The notes beneath the pieces are model-generated. The model did no database searches and was not told the DNA's origin. It saw only the letters and a program-made list of their open reading frames with translations. A stretch of 64,000 nucleotides of DNA from an uncultured Candidatus Puniceispirillum sp. (GTDB lineage Bacteria > Pseudomonadota > Alphaproteobacteria > Puniceispirillales > Puniceispirillaceae), in assembly GCA_905182545.1 (NCBI GenBank), contig CAJJBY010000003.1:30892-94891 (forward strand), in the 5' to 3' direction. Every line of letters starts with the position of its first letter. The first letter of the stretch is position 1. Both the position numbers and the translations under genes were made by a program. Below are positions 31,146 to 43,384 of this stretch, piece by piece.

Positions 31146-32250
31146 TCAATGCGATGATTTGACATTGTCGGTTACGAGATTGTGCTTTTTGGCAAAGGCA
31201 ATGACAAAAGGAAGGCCAAGGAATACCAGCATCACCCTGATGGTGTGATGAAAGGCAACAAAGGCAACATCAAATCCGAAAATCAAAGCCAGCAAAGTCA
31301 CCTCGTAAAGACCGCCCGGGACAAAAGCCAAAAGCATTTTGATGAAATCAACACCAGTCAATGCCGATAATCCGTAGGCTGTGATGCCATAAGTGCCAAG
31401 AACGATGACGGAATTGACAAGCGCGTCACGCAAATAGACAGCAAGCTCGACAAATGGCACGCGGGCAAGACGCGCGCCAACCGATCCGCCGATGGCAACC
31501 TGTGCTAGAATTACAAATTCACTAATACGGGGTATCTCGACAAAGCCAAGGACATGTAACGCCGAGCTGAGCATTAATGGCCCAATCAGTTGCGGCATCG
31601 GGATGTGTAATAACCGCGCTATTGGCAAGCCGCAAATGGCAATTGCGATAAAGGATAAAAGTGTTTTGATATCAAGGCTGATGATGCTTGGCATGGCTTG
31701 CAGCGCCATATTTGACGCGGCGACAGCGGCCTGACCCTCAACCAAGGCCAGAATGAACGGCGTTGAACAAAATACCAGAGCAACACGAACCAGATGGAAC
31801 AGGGCAACAACATAATCTTTTTCCACCAGATCTCGGCTAATGGTGATCACTTCGGCCTGCCCACCCGGAATACAGCTTAGCAGCGCCATGATGAAACTGT
31901 ATTTACGGATTCGCATTAAATAGAAAAGGCCAACAAGCGTTGCCAAAATCGTGGCCAAAGAACATGGCGGCAACGGTAATGCCTGACGATCCGATATGGG
32001 ATAAAATATCGGGTCGGAAATGGGCGCCAATAAGGGTGCCAAGCCCAAGAATAACCGGCACAAAAACCCAGCGCGGAATGCCAACGCGCGAACGAATGGG
32101 CGGAATGATCCCGGCAATAACCCAAACGCCAAACAAGCTGCCGAGCAGAAATGGCGCTGGAAAGCCAAAAATCTTAAAAACATAGCCGGTAACAAAGGCG
32201 ATGCTTGAGGTGACAATTATATTTTGGATATCCGACAGCACGGGCCGCAT
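31146..32250 (-). pseudogene. AbrB-family (AbrB_duo) membrane protein, +1 frameshift as sequenced
   Basis: The N-terminal frame runs MRPVLSDIQNIIVTSSIAFVTGYVFKIFGFPAPFLLGSLFG...GITVAAMFF. It then continues in the other frame as ATILATLVGLFYLMRIRKYSF...IPGGQAEV...VPGGLYEV, the duplicated PGG motifs of this family. The join is at about 31955-31956. Confidence 0.75.
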
Positions 32251-32318
32251 GGAAACTCCTGCAGGTGGGGTGGATTGGCCTGCTGGCAGGCCCAATTAAG
32301 ATTGAGGCATGAAATTGG

Positions 32319-33032
32319 CTAGTCCATATTGTCGTTATGCCCAGATGCGATGATTTGCAATCGAGCCTTGACCGCATTTTGAAGATGGGTGCTGGCGGCC
32401 TGTTTAGCAGCGATGGGGTCATGCGTCTGGATGGCACTGTTGATAGCGTCATGTTCGGCACCAATTTCACAAACCCGCTCGGCAAGGCTGTAGGCGGTTG
32501 GGCCAAGAAGCACCATCAAGGTGCTAAGGCGCTGCAAGGTTTCAACAAGAAAGGCATTATGGCTCGCAAGGGCGATGGATTGATGAAACTGGCCATTCAG
32601 CTTGGCAAGGGTCGCAGGGCTGGTGCCATCATTGATGAGAATTGATTCTTTGGCCCTGATCTCGGCAATGAATTCGCGTTCGGCAAGGCTTGCTTGCTCA
32701 GCGGCCAATTCAGCCGCCATTGATTCCAGCTTGGCGCGCAATTGATAAAGTGCGTGAATATCTTGATAGTCAAGGCTGCGAACACGAAGCCCACCATTTT
32801 CACCAATTGATAAAATCCCTTCAGCTTTCAATGCTGACATGGCTTCGCGAAGCGGTGTGCGGCTAACGCCAAGCTGTTGGCCTAGGTCAATTTCCTTTAG
32901 CCGCGCACCGGGCGCAATATCGCCAGCGATAATGGCTGCGATCAGAACATGCCTGACCCGCGATGTTGCTGCCAGATTGCCACCATGATGATTTTGGACC
33001 TTTAAATCATGTGCCGCCCAGTCGGTTGACAT
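32319..33032 (-). CDS. GntR family transcriptional regulator (FadR/FCD subfamily)
   Basis: 237 aa. It has an N-terminal winged helix-turn-helix (LKEIDLGQQLGVSRTPLREAMSALKAEGIL) and an all-helical C-terminal FCD-like domain. It is divergent from the tcuA-like gene. Confidence 0.8.
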   Translation of the reverse strand: MSTDWAAHDLKVQNHHGGNLAATSRVRHVLIAAIIAGDIAPGARLKEIDLGQQLGVSRTPLREAMSALKAEGILSIGENGGLRVRSLDYQDIHALYQLRAKLESMAAELAAEQASLAEREFIAEIRAKESILINDGTSPATLAKLNGQFHQSIALASHNAFLVETLQRLSTLMVLLGPTAYSLAERVCEIGAEHDAINSAIQTHDPIAAKQAASTHLQNAVKARLQIIASGHNDNMD

Positions 33033-33053
33033 GAACGCCTCCTTTTTCTTATA

Positions 33054-33073
33054 TTGTATGCAATTGTATGCAA
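33054..33073. promoter_or_regulatory. Tandem direct 10-mer TTGTATGCAA x2 in the GntR/tcuA divergent promoter region (candidate operator)
   Basis: Exact sequence TTGTATGCAATTGTATGCAA. The junction forms a near-palindrome around CAATTG. It lies in the 58-bp gap between the GntR start (33032) and the preferred tcuA start (33091). Confidence 0.4.
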
Positions 33074-33090
33074 TAGATCAAGGCAGTCTT

Positions 33091-34507
33091 ATGCCCAATG
33101 AAATCACGAAACCCATCGTTGAAAAAAGCTGGGACATCATCGTAATTGGTGGTGGCAATGCTGGTGTTTGTGCGGCCATTACGGCTGCTGAACGCGGCTG
33201 CTCGGTGTTGGTGATCGATTCAGCGCCGCGTGACATGCGTGGCGGCAATACACGCCATACGCGTAATTTGAGGGCGATGCATGATGAGCCAACCGATGTG
33301 TTGACCGATCGCTATAGCTTTGAAGAATATTGGGAAGATTTGATGCGGGTCACCAAAGGGGTGACCAATGAGCATCTTGCCGAGGTAACTTTGCGCGGCT
33401 CGCAAGAGCTGACCCATTGGTTAGGCGCGCGCGGTGTTCGGTTTCAATCAGCTTTGTCTGGAACCTTGAACCTTAGCCATACCAACGCCTTTTTTCTTGG
33501 CGGTGGGCGAGCCATGTTGAACGCGCTCTGCCGCCATGCCGAATCTATTGGCATTACCTTTATCTATGATGCCGAAGTTACGAATATTGAACTTGAGAAT
33601 GGATTTTGCGAGGCGATTGATGTCGAATGGCAAGGGCAATCACTGCATTTGAATTGCAAACAGCTGATCACAGCTGCCGGTGGTTTTGAAGCTGATCTTG
33701 ATTGGCTTGCCGAAGGTTGGGGGGACGCTGCGAAAAATTTTCTGGTGCGGGGTACGCCTTACAATAAGGGTAAGGTTTTGCGGGTTTTGCTCGATCGCGG
33801 CGCGCAGATGGTTGGTGCGCTAGATCAATGTCATGCGGTTGCCATTGATGCGCGGGCTCCAAAATATGATGGTGGCATTGCCAGCCGTATTGATGCGGTG
33901 CCATTTGCCGTTGTGTTGAATAAAAATGCCGAACGATTTTATGATGAAGGTGAAGATTTCTGGCCAAAACGCTATGCAATTTGGGGAAGGCTCGTTGCGG
34001 GTCAGCCTGATCAGATTGCCTATGCCATCATTGATTCGGATGGGGTGAAACGCTTTATGCCATCGGTATTTACCGCGATCACAGATAACAGCATCGAAGG
34101 TTTAACAAGCCAGCTTGGCCTTGATCCAAAAGCCGCAAAAAAGACTGTTGATTCGTTTAATGCGGCCTGCCCTGATGGCCCGATTGATCAGATGGTCCTT
34201 GATGGTAGGGCAACAAATGGTCTTAACGCCCGAAAAAACCAACTGGTCAGCGCCAATCAGTAAGCCTCCTTTTTATGGCTATCCTCTGCGGCCTGGTATT
34301 ACCTTTACCTATATGGGTGTTGCGGTGAATGACCGGGCGCAAGTTTTGATGCAGGATGGCAAACCAGCCGCAAATCTATTTGCCGCGGGTGAAATTATGG
34401 CTGGCAATATTCTTGGACAGGGCTATTTGGCTGGCATTGGAATGACAATTGGCGGTGTTTTTGGCCGTATTGCAGGAGCGGAGGCAGCGCGTGTCCTTAA
34501 CCGATAA
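33091..34507 (+). pseudogene. tcuA: TcuA-like FAD-dependent dehydrogenase (tricarballylate dehydrogenase family), +1 frameshift as sequenced
   Basis: FAD motif DIIVIGGGNAGVCAA. The first frame ends ...DGRATNGLNARKNQLVSANQ*. The +1 frame continues TPEKTNWSAPISKPPFYGYPLRPGITFTYMGVAVN...AAGEIMAGNILGQGY. The join is at the AA pair 34225-34226. The repaired length is about 471 aa. Confidence 0.8.
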
Positions 34508-35648
34508 TATCGAAGCTGACGGGTTTGATCTCAAGGCTCTTCTTGACCCAGAAGCGGCTGGCGAAGTCATTCGGGTGATGCAGATTTGCAATGCTTGTCG
34601 TTATTGCGAGGGGTTTTGCGCTGTGTTTCCGGCAATGACCCGCCGGCGGCAATTTGACGAGGGTGATGTCGGCTATCTTGCCAATCTATGTCATAATTGC
34701 GGGGCTTGCTATCATGCGTGCCAATATGCACCGCCGCATGAATTTGGCGTGAATGTGCCGCAAGCGCTTGCCGCCGCGCGTAACGACAGCTATTCGGCCT
34801 ATGCTTGGCCAGCGCCTTTGGCGGGTCTGTTCAGATGCAATGGCCTGTTTGTCACGCTTGGCGTGTCTGCTGGTTTGGCGATAACGGTTGGGCTGATGCT
34901 GGCGATGATTGCGCCACAGCTTTTCTGGGGTATTCATTTGGGTGAGGGCGCTTTTTATCGAATCATGCCGCATACGATGATGGCCGCGGTGCCATTGGCA
35001 ATTTCGACATTTGTTGTGGTTTCATTTATTATGGGTTGGCGGCGTTACTGGCGCCACACAGGGGCGAAATGGGGTGGGTTTCCCGATCTTGTCGATGCGG
35101 TCAAGGCTTCGGCAACGCTTCGCCATCTTGGCGGTGATACTTCAAGCGGGATTTTGTCTGGGCCGGGTTGTCCGACAGGCGACGACGGGTCAAGCAATGC
35201 GCGGCGCATCTATCATCAATTGACGATGTATGGGTTTTTGCTTTGTTTTGCAGCAACTTCGGTTGGCACGATTTATCATTATGGCTTTGGCCGTGAGGCG
35301 CCATATGGCTATTTCGAACTGCCAGTGGTTTTAGGCACAGTTGGTGGGATCATTTTATGCATTGGTACTGCTGGGCTGTTTGTTGAAAAGCGGCGCTTGC
35401 ATCCGGCGGTTCGGCATGATGAAGGGCTTGGCATGGATTACGCTTTTATTGTGTCACTGTTTTTTGTCAGCTTTACCGGCTTGTTATTGCTGGCGGTGCG
35501 CGAGACCAGCTTTATGGGCGTGACCCTTGCCATTCATCTTGGCGTTGTCTATGGCTTTTTCCTGATTTTGCCCTTTTCAAAATTTGTTCATGGGCTGTAT
35601 CGCTTTGCCGCATTGATTGCCAGTGCTGGTGAGGCACGCCGCAGCTAG
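34491..35648 (+). CDS. tcuB: TcuB-like membrane Fe-S protein (tricarballylate utilisation protein B family)
   Basis: It has two 4Fe-4S-type Cys clusters (CNACRYCEGFC and CHNCGACYHAC) followed by several TM helices. GTG at 34491 follows GGAGCGGAGG. It overlaps the tcuA stop by 17 nt. Confidence 0.8.
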   Translation: MSLTDNIEADGFDLKALLDPEAAGEVIRVMQICNACRYCEGFCAVFPAMTRRRQFDEGDVGYLANLCHNCGACYHACQYAPPHEFGVNVPQALAAARNDSYSAYAWPAPLAGLFRCNGLFVTLGVSAGLAITVGLMLAMIAPQLFWGIHLGEGAFYRIMPHTMMAAVPLAISTFVVVSFIMGWRRYWRHTGAKWGGFPDLVDAVKASATLRHLGGDTSSGILSGPGCPTGDDGSSNARRIYHQLTMYGFLLCFAATSVGTIYHYGFGREAPYGYFELPVVLGTVGGIILCIGTAGLFVEKRRLHPAVRHDEGLGMDYAFIVSLFFVSFTGLLLLAVRETSFMGVTLAIHLGVVYGFFLILPFSKFVHGLYRFAALIASAGEARRS

Positions 35649-35654
35649 CCGCCG

Positions 35655-36492
35655 TCAATAGCCAAATGTTTGTGAGATTACTTTAGCTGACTCCGCCAAA
35701 AGGCTGCGCCGAGCCAGCGCATCATCAAGGTTGAATCGCTGTTTTGGTCCATGCATGCCAATCGCTGCAACATAGCGACGCTGCGAGTCCAGAACTGGTA
35801 CGGCGATGGCGACCATGCCCTCATGAAATTCTTCTATATCAAGCGCATAGCCATTCTTTGCTTACACGTTGTAGCTCATCTTCAAGCGTATCAATGCTGG
35901 TATGGGTGCAGTCGGTATAGGCGTGCAAATCCAAACTTGCCAGAAGGATGCGCCGTTTTGCTGTTGGGAGATTGGCAAGATAAGTTTTGCCACTTGCCGT
36001 GCAATGAAACGGCACATGCGTTCCCACGGGAAGCAAAATCCGAAAGGGCCAGTTGGTTTCTACGCGGTCGGAATAGATCATGCCTTTGATTTCGGGCCTG
36101 ACAAAATTGACTGTTTCGCCAGTTTCGCGGGCGATATTTTGCAAAATTTGATGGCGCGTGGTTTGGCCAGTGGCATGTTGAGTTAATCCCGCCGCAAGCC
36201 CAAGAAGCCGTTTTGTTGGATGTAGGCGGCGTGTCTGTTTCACCAGATAGCCCTCGGCAATTAAGGTTTGACATAATCGGTGCAAGCTCTGTTTTGGCCA
36301 ATTAAGCTGTTCATTGATTTCGGTTGGGGTCAGCGGCCGACCCGCATCGGCAATCACTTCAAAAATTCTCAAGGTTCGTAGATTTGGCGCTGACGAGTCG
36401 GTCATTATTGCTCTCATTTCGGCTAAGTTCGGCACAGAAAAAAACGCCCGAAAGGATATTTCACTTGAATAGGGCACATTTTCGTGCATCAT
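35655..36492 (-). pseudogene. IclR family transcriptional regulator, +1 frameshift as sequenced
   Basis: N-terminal helix-turn-helix LRTLRIFEVIADAGRPLTPTEINEQLNWPKQSLHRLCQTLIAEGYL. The frame ends ...DELQRVSKEWLCA*. The shifted frame gives GYALDIEEFHEGMVAIAVPVLDSQRRYVAAIGMHGPKQRF..., the conserved IclR effector-domain end. The join is at about 35853. The true start is probably an internal Met. Confidence 0.85.
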
Positions 36493-36512
36493 TTTTAATT
36501 TGTACCAGAAAA

Positions 36513-36527
36513 GAGACTAAAAGTCTC
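36513..36527. promoter_or_regulatory. Perfect palindrome GAGACT-AAA-AGTCTC in the iclR/GMC divergent intergenic region
   Basis: Read directly from the sequence. It is embedded in an A/T-rich 60-bp gap between the iclR start and the GMC oxidoreductase start. Confidence 0.35.
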
Positions 36528-36554
36528 AAAAAATAATAAAAATATAAAATTAGT

Positions 36555-38165
36555 TTGTTTAAGGGGGGTAGGTTGGAGTTTGATTACGTCATCATCGGTG
36601 CTGGTTCAGCGGGTTGTGTGATTGCTAATCGTTTGTCCGCAAACCCATCTGTTTCGGTTGCTTTGATCGAAGCAGGGGGTGAGGATCGCTATCCATGGAT
36701 TCATATCCCCGTTGGTTATTTCAAAACCATGGGCAATCCGAAAACCGATTGGTGTTATCGCACCCAGCCTGATCTGGGTCTGAATGGGCGTTCGATCAAC
36801 TGGCCGCGTGGAAAGGTGCTTGGCGGCAGCAGTTCGATCAACGGTCTTTTATATGTTCGCGGCCAGCCACAAGATTTCGATCATTGGCGGCAGCTTGGCA
36901 ATACTGGCTGGAGCTGGGAAGATGTGTTGCCTTTATTTCGCCGTGCCGAAAATTGGGAAGGCATCCCATCGCCTGAACGCGGCGTTGGCGGCCCCTTGAA
37001 TGTGTCTGAAAATAAGGTTGATCGCGACATCATTGGCGCATGGGTTGATGCGGCGGCACAAGCGGGCTATCGCCGCACCAATGATTATAATCGTGAAGAT
37101 CAGGAAGGGGTTGGCTTTTTTCAGATGACAATGAAAAACGGCATGCGCTGTAGCACGGCCGTGGCCTATTTAAAGCCCATCCAATCGCGCAAGAATCTGC
37201 ATATCATTACCCATGCCCATACGGACAGGATTGAATTTGATGGCAAGCGCGCCGTCGCCGTGATGGCGCGGGTTCGCGGTAAAAGCCAGCGAATCAAAGC
37301 CGGTCGGGAAATAATTCTGTCGGCTGGCTCGATTGGATCGCCGCAGATTTTGATGCTGTCGGGTATTGGCGACCAGACTGATCTTGGCAAGCATGGCATA
37401 AAATCAACACACCACTTGCCGGGTGTTGGCCGGAATTTGCAAGATCATCTTCAAGCGCGCCCTGTTTTCAAATGTAGTGCCAGCACGATCAATACCGAAA
37501 CCAAAAACCCGCTTCAACTGGCGTCAATTGCACTTGAATATGCTTTTAAAAGATCGGGGCCAATGGCAATGGCGGCCAGTCTTGGCACGGCCTTTTTGAA
37601 AACGCATGATGGGTTGGAAACACCTGATATCCAATTCCACCTTCAGCCCTTTAGCGCGGATAGCGTTGCCGAGGGAAGTCATAAATTTTCTGCCTTTACC
37701 GCATCGGTTTTGCAATTACGGCCGGAAAGCGTGGGGCATCTCGAGCTCGTTTCGGCCAATGCTGATGATTATCCGGCAATTCATCCGAACTATCTTGCCA
37801 CCAAAACCGATTGCGACACGATTGTTGCCGGTATCAAGATTGCCCGTGCGGTTTGTCAGACTGAACCGGTGAAATCATTAATAACCGAAGAGTATGCCCC
37901 CGGGGCGGCTGTGGCGAATGATGATGATTCTGCCATTCTGGACTGGGCGCGGAATACAGCAACAACCATCTATCACCCCACTGGCACTTGCAAAATGGGG
38001 CAGGATAAAATGGCAGTGGTCGATGAAAAATTGCGCGTTTATGGCGTTCAGGGCTTACGCGTTGCCGATGCGTCGATCATGCCAGCAATCACTTCGGGCA
38101 ATACCAATGCGCCAACGATCATGATTGGTGAAAAACTATCAGATTTGATATTGGAGGCTGTGTGA
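36555..38165 (+). CDS. GMC family FAD-dependent oxidoreductase (second copy)
   Basis: FDYVIIGAGSAGCVIANRLS and the C-terminal YHPTGTCKMG...[25 protein letters not shown]. The start is probably TTG at 36573, after AAGGGGGG, rather than TTG at 36555. Confidence 0.85.
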   Translation: MFKGGRLEFDYVIIGAGSAGCVIANRLSANPSVSVALIEAGGEDRYPWIHIPVGYFKTMGNPKTDWCYRTQPDLGLNGRSINWPRGKVLGGSSSINGLLYVRGQPQDFDHWRQLGNTGWSWEDVLPLFRRAENWEGIPSPERGVGGPLNVSENKVDRDIIGAWVDAAAQAGYRRTNDYNREDQEGVGFFQMTMKNGMRCSTAVAYLKPIQSRKNLHIITHAHTDRIEFDGKRAVAVMARVRGKSQRIKAGREIILSAGSIGSPQILMLSGIGDQTDLGKHGIKSTHHLPGVGRNLQDHLQARPVFKCSASTINTETKNPLQLASIALEYAFKRSGPMAMAASLGTAFLKTHDGLETPDIQFHLQPFSADSVAEGSHKFSAFTASVLQLRPESVGHLELVSANADDYPAIHPNYLATKTDCDTIVAGIKIARAVCQTEPVKSLITEEYAPGAAVANDDDSAILDWARNTATTIYHPTGTCKMGQDKMAVVDEKLRVYGVQGLRVADASIMPAITSGNTNAPTIMIGEKLSDLILEAV

Positions 38166-38824
38166 TGAGTATGTCTGGTCTGGATATTTCACAATATGGT
38201 CTTGCCGAAATCAGCGATATTATGCAGATCATTTTTGCCGATATCATTCTGTCGGGTGACAATGCGCTTGTCATTGGTATGGCAGCAGCAGGATTGGCAG
38301 CTGCGCAACGCAAACGTGCAATTGCCATTGGCATGGCGCTGGCGGCAATCTTGCGGATTCTATTTGCGATTGTCGCGGCACAATTGCTTGCGATCAAAGG
38401 GATTTTGCTGATTGGCGGCGCCTTGTTGGCATGGGTCTGCTATCGCTTTTACCATGATTTGAAAGAATTCAACCGAAGCAATGATCAAGCGCTGGCTGAT
38501 GTTGGGGAAAAGTCTGCTGATGGTGAAAAACCGGCAGAAAAGAATTTTGGCCGCGCTTTGCTCACCATTCTGGTCGCTGATGTTTCGATGTCGATTGACA
38601 ATATTGTGGCGGTGGCGGCGATTGCCCGTGACAACACGGCGCTTCTTGTTTTTGGGCTTGGGCTGGCGATTGCTTTTATGGCGTTTAGCGCGTCGCTGAT
38701 TATGAAAATTATGATCCGTTATCGGTGGCTGTCATATCTGGGATTATGGTTCCTGATCTATCTGACAATCACAATGCTTTATGACGGTTTAATTGACCTT
38801 GGGCTGATCACGGCTATTTTCTAG
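38165..38824 (+). CDS. TerC family (YjbE-like) integral membrane protein
   Basis: Repeated motifs ILSGDNALVIGMAA and DVSMSIDNIVAVAAIA. Its ATG overlaps the GMC stop (TGATG) after GGAGG, which suggests translational coupling. Confidence 0.8.
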   Translation: MSMSGLDISQYGLAEISDIMQIIFADIILSGDNALVIGMAAAGLAAAQRKRAIAIGMALAAILRILFAIVAAQLLAIKGILLIGGALLAWVCYRFYHDLKEFNRSNDQALADVGEKSADGEKPAEKNFGRALLTILVADVSMSIDNIVAVAAIARDNTALLVFGLGLAIAFMAFSASLIMKIMIRYRWLSYLGLWFLIYLTITMLYDGLIDLGLITAIF

Positions 38825-38871
38825 CAATGGTGCCAAGGACAGGAAAAGGATGAGTTTATCAGGCAGCAGAA

Positions 38872-41144
<2,273 letters not shown>

Positions 41145-41148
<4 letters not shown>

Positions 41149-42137
41149 AGGCGCTTGTTTATACCGGCACGCAAATGTCGGAAATTCGTGATGTTAATGT
41201 GCCGGTTGTGAGCGGCAGTCAGGTTTTGGTTGATCTGGCATTTTGCGGCATTTGCGGATCGGATATGCATGCATGGCATGGGCATGATGAACGGCGTGTG
41301 CCGCCATTGGTGCTTGGGCATGAGGCGGTTGGTATTGTTCAAACCGGCCCGCTTGCGGGAAAGCGGGTGGCCATTAACCCACTGATGACCTGCGGTGATT
41401 GCAATTTTTGCAATAGTGGTGACGAGCATCTTTGCCCTAGCCGTGAATTGATTGGCATGCGCGTTCCAGGTGCCTTTGCTGAAAAGCTTGCGATTGATGC
41501 TGGTAATTTAACCGTGATTAATGATGATTTGCCATTTGCCAAAGCGGCGCTTGCCGAGCCGTTGGCCTGTTCGGTTCATGCGGTGCGGCTTGCCTGCCAG
41601 CTTGCTGGTGATAATCGTGATGCAGCCATTGTTGTTCTGGGTGGTGGGGCGATTGGTCTTTTGGCCGCGCTGGTGTTCGAGGCCTATGGCTATGGCAATA
41701 TCCAGATTGCCGAAACCAATGCGCTTCGCCGCGATATGCTGGAAAAGATTGGCGTCATGCGGGCCTATGATCCGCTTTGTGAAACGCCTGATTCTAACCG
41801 GGTTGATATTATAATTGATGCGGTTGGATCAGGGACGACACGCCGTGCGGCAAGCGAGCTTGTCCGGCCGGGTGGGGTTATTGTTCACATTGGATTGCAG
41901 GATAATGAACCCGGCCTTGATACGCGCCGCATCACCTTGCAGGAGATTAATTTTCAAGGCACTTATTGCTATCGTAAAGATGATTTTGCCGAAGCCTTGG
42001 CATTGCTGACCAGCGGCAAGATCAGTGGCAAGGGCTGGGCCGAAATTCGGCATCTTGATGCTGGGGCGCAGTCCTTTCTTGATATTCATCAAGGCAAGGC
42101 ACCTCCAAAAATCATTCTACAAACAGGCAGGGAATAA
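41145..42137 (+). CDS. Zinc-dependent medium-chain alcohol dehydrogenase (HpsP-like by position)
   Basis: 330 aa with CGICGSDMH, GHEAVG, the structural-zinc CGDCNFCNSGDEHLC, and GGGAIGLLA. It overlaps the SDR stop (ATGA). Confidence 0.8.
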
Positions 42138-42194
42138 TGATAAAACGCTTCACCGGATATTGGTCTGTTTTCTGGCCTCGGAAAATTAACAATT

Positions 42195-42533
42195 TTGGCG
42201 CTTCTTGCCCTGTCTTTTTTGCCGGCGGCTCCGGCGCGCGCCGATTTTATCAACGGTAATCAATTGCAGCTTTATTGCACGTCGAAAAACCCGAATGATG
42301 AGGCGGTATGTTTCGTTTATATTGCTGGGGCCGTTGATGCTTTTACCACGATTGATCTGGTGGGGTAAAAGACCAGCGGGGCAAAACGTCAATTCTGTCT
42401 TCCAGACGGGGTATCGCCCGATCAGTTAAAGGCAACAACGATGCAATGGCTGGCGCGGCCCGAAGCCAATCTTGACCTTGCGGCAACACTTCTTGTTTGG
42501 GGGGCTATCAAAGACGCTTATGGCTGTAGATAA
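42195..42533 (+). pseudogene. Small secreted Cys-containing protein, Rap1a/Tai4-like, with an in-frame TAA (and possibly a start-region frameshift)
   Basis: Hand translation gives (L)ALLALSFLPAAPARA / DFINGNQLQLYCTSKNPNDEAVCFVYIAGAVDAFTTIDLVG * KTSGAKRQFCLPDGVSPDQLKATTMQWLARPEANLDLAATLLVWGAIKDAYGCR*. The stop is at 42366-42368, in the same frame. The nearest ATG (42139, MIKRFTGYWSVFWPRKINN) is in the -1 frame and would join at the TTTT run 42193-42196. Confidence 0.5.
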
Positions 42534-42583
42534 ATGATCTTTGCCAGCAAAAATCCAAGAGTGTTTGCGGCAATTGGTCTTTA

Positions 42584-43358
42584 TTAAAAACGATCTTTGA
42601 GTTTGCGTATTTCGGCAAAAACGGCAGCGTTACTGGCCGTTTCCATGCCAAGATGTGCGCGGATAGCGGCATTATCAACGCGTAAAAACGGGTTGGTTGC
42701 CTTTTCAAGATCAAGGCGCGTCGGCACGGTTGGAAAGCCGTTTTCAAGCAATTCGACAATTGCCCCTTGACGTGCGGCAAGCGCGGCATTTTCTGGGTCA
42801 ACCGACCGCGCAAAGGTGGCATTAGCAATCGTATATTCATGGCTGCAATAAATGACTGTCTGGTCAGGAAGCGCCAACAGCTTTTCAAGAGATGCCCACA
42901 TCATATCGGCATCGCCTTCGAAAATGCGGCCACATCCCATGACAAATAGTGTGTCACCGGTGCAAACCATGGACTTCAGATGCGATGTAGAAATTCAGCA
43001 TATCAAGCGTGTGACCGGGCGTCGAAATCACATCGATCTGGCGACCGGCAAATTCAAAATGATCACCATCGCCGAGGCGGATATCATAAAGCGTGCTTGC
43101 AGCACTATCGATTACCGGACCAAGAACGGTGGCACCATGACGCTGTTTCAATTCGGTAAGACCGGCGGTGTGATCGCCATGATGATGTGTAATGAAAATA
43201 TGGCTTAGCTGCCAGCCAGTTTCGGCTAGGGCTGCCTCGGCCGCTGCGGCGTCTCCTGCATCAACACAAGCGGTAAGGTTGCTTTCGGTGCAATGCAGCA
43301 AAAGCCCGTAATTATCGTCGCCATAAGGGAATTGATGTGTTTGAAAGGCCATGCTCAT
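42584..43358 (-). pseudogene. gloB: Hydroxyacylglutathione hydrolase (glyoxalase II), +1 frameshift as sequenced
   Basis: The N-terminal ORF has the metallo-beta-lactamase motif ITHHHGDHTAG and TPGHTLD. The C-terminal ORF continues MVCTGDTLFVMGCGRIFEG...YCSHEYT. The join is at about 42974. The repaired length is about 257 aa. Confidence 0.88.
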
Positions 43359-43384
43359 CTCCTTTTAACTAGCGACAAATCTGC

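Noticed and set aside
38100-38165. yybP-ykoY (Mn) riboswitch, which often precedes TerC-family genes
   Set aside because: The terC start overlaps the stop of the upstream GMC gene, so there is no leader region to hold a riboswitch.
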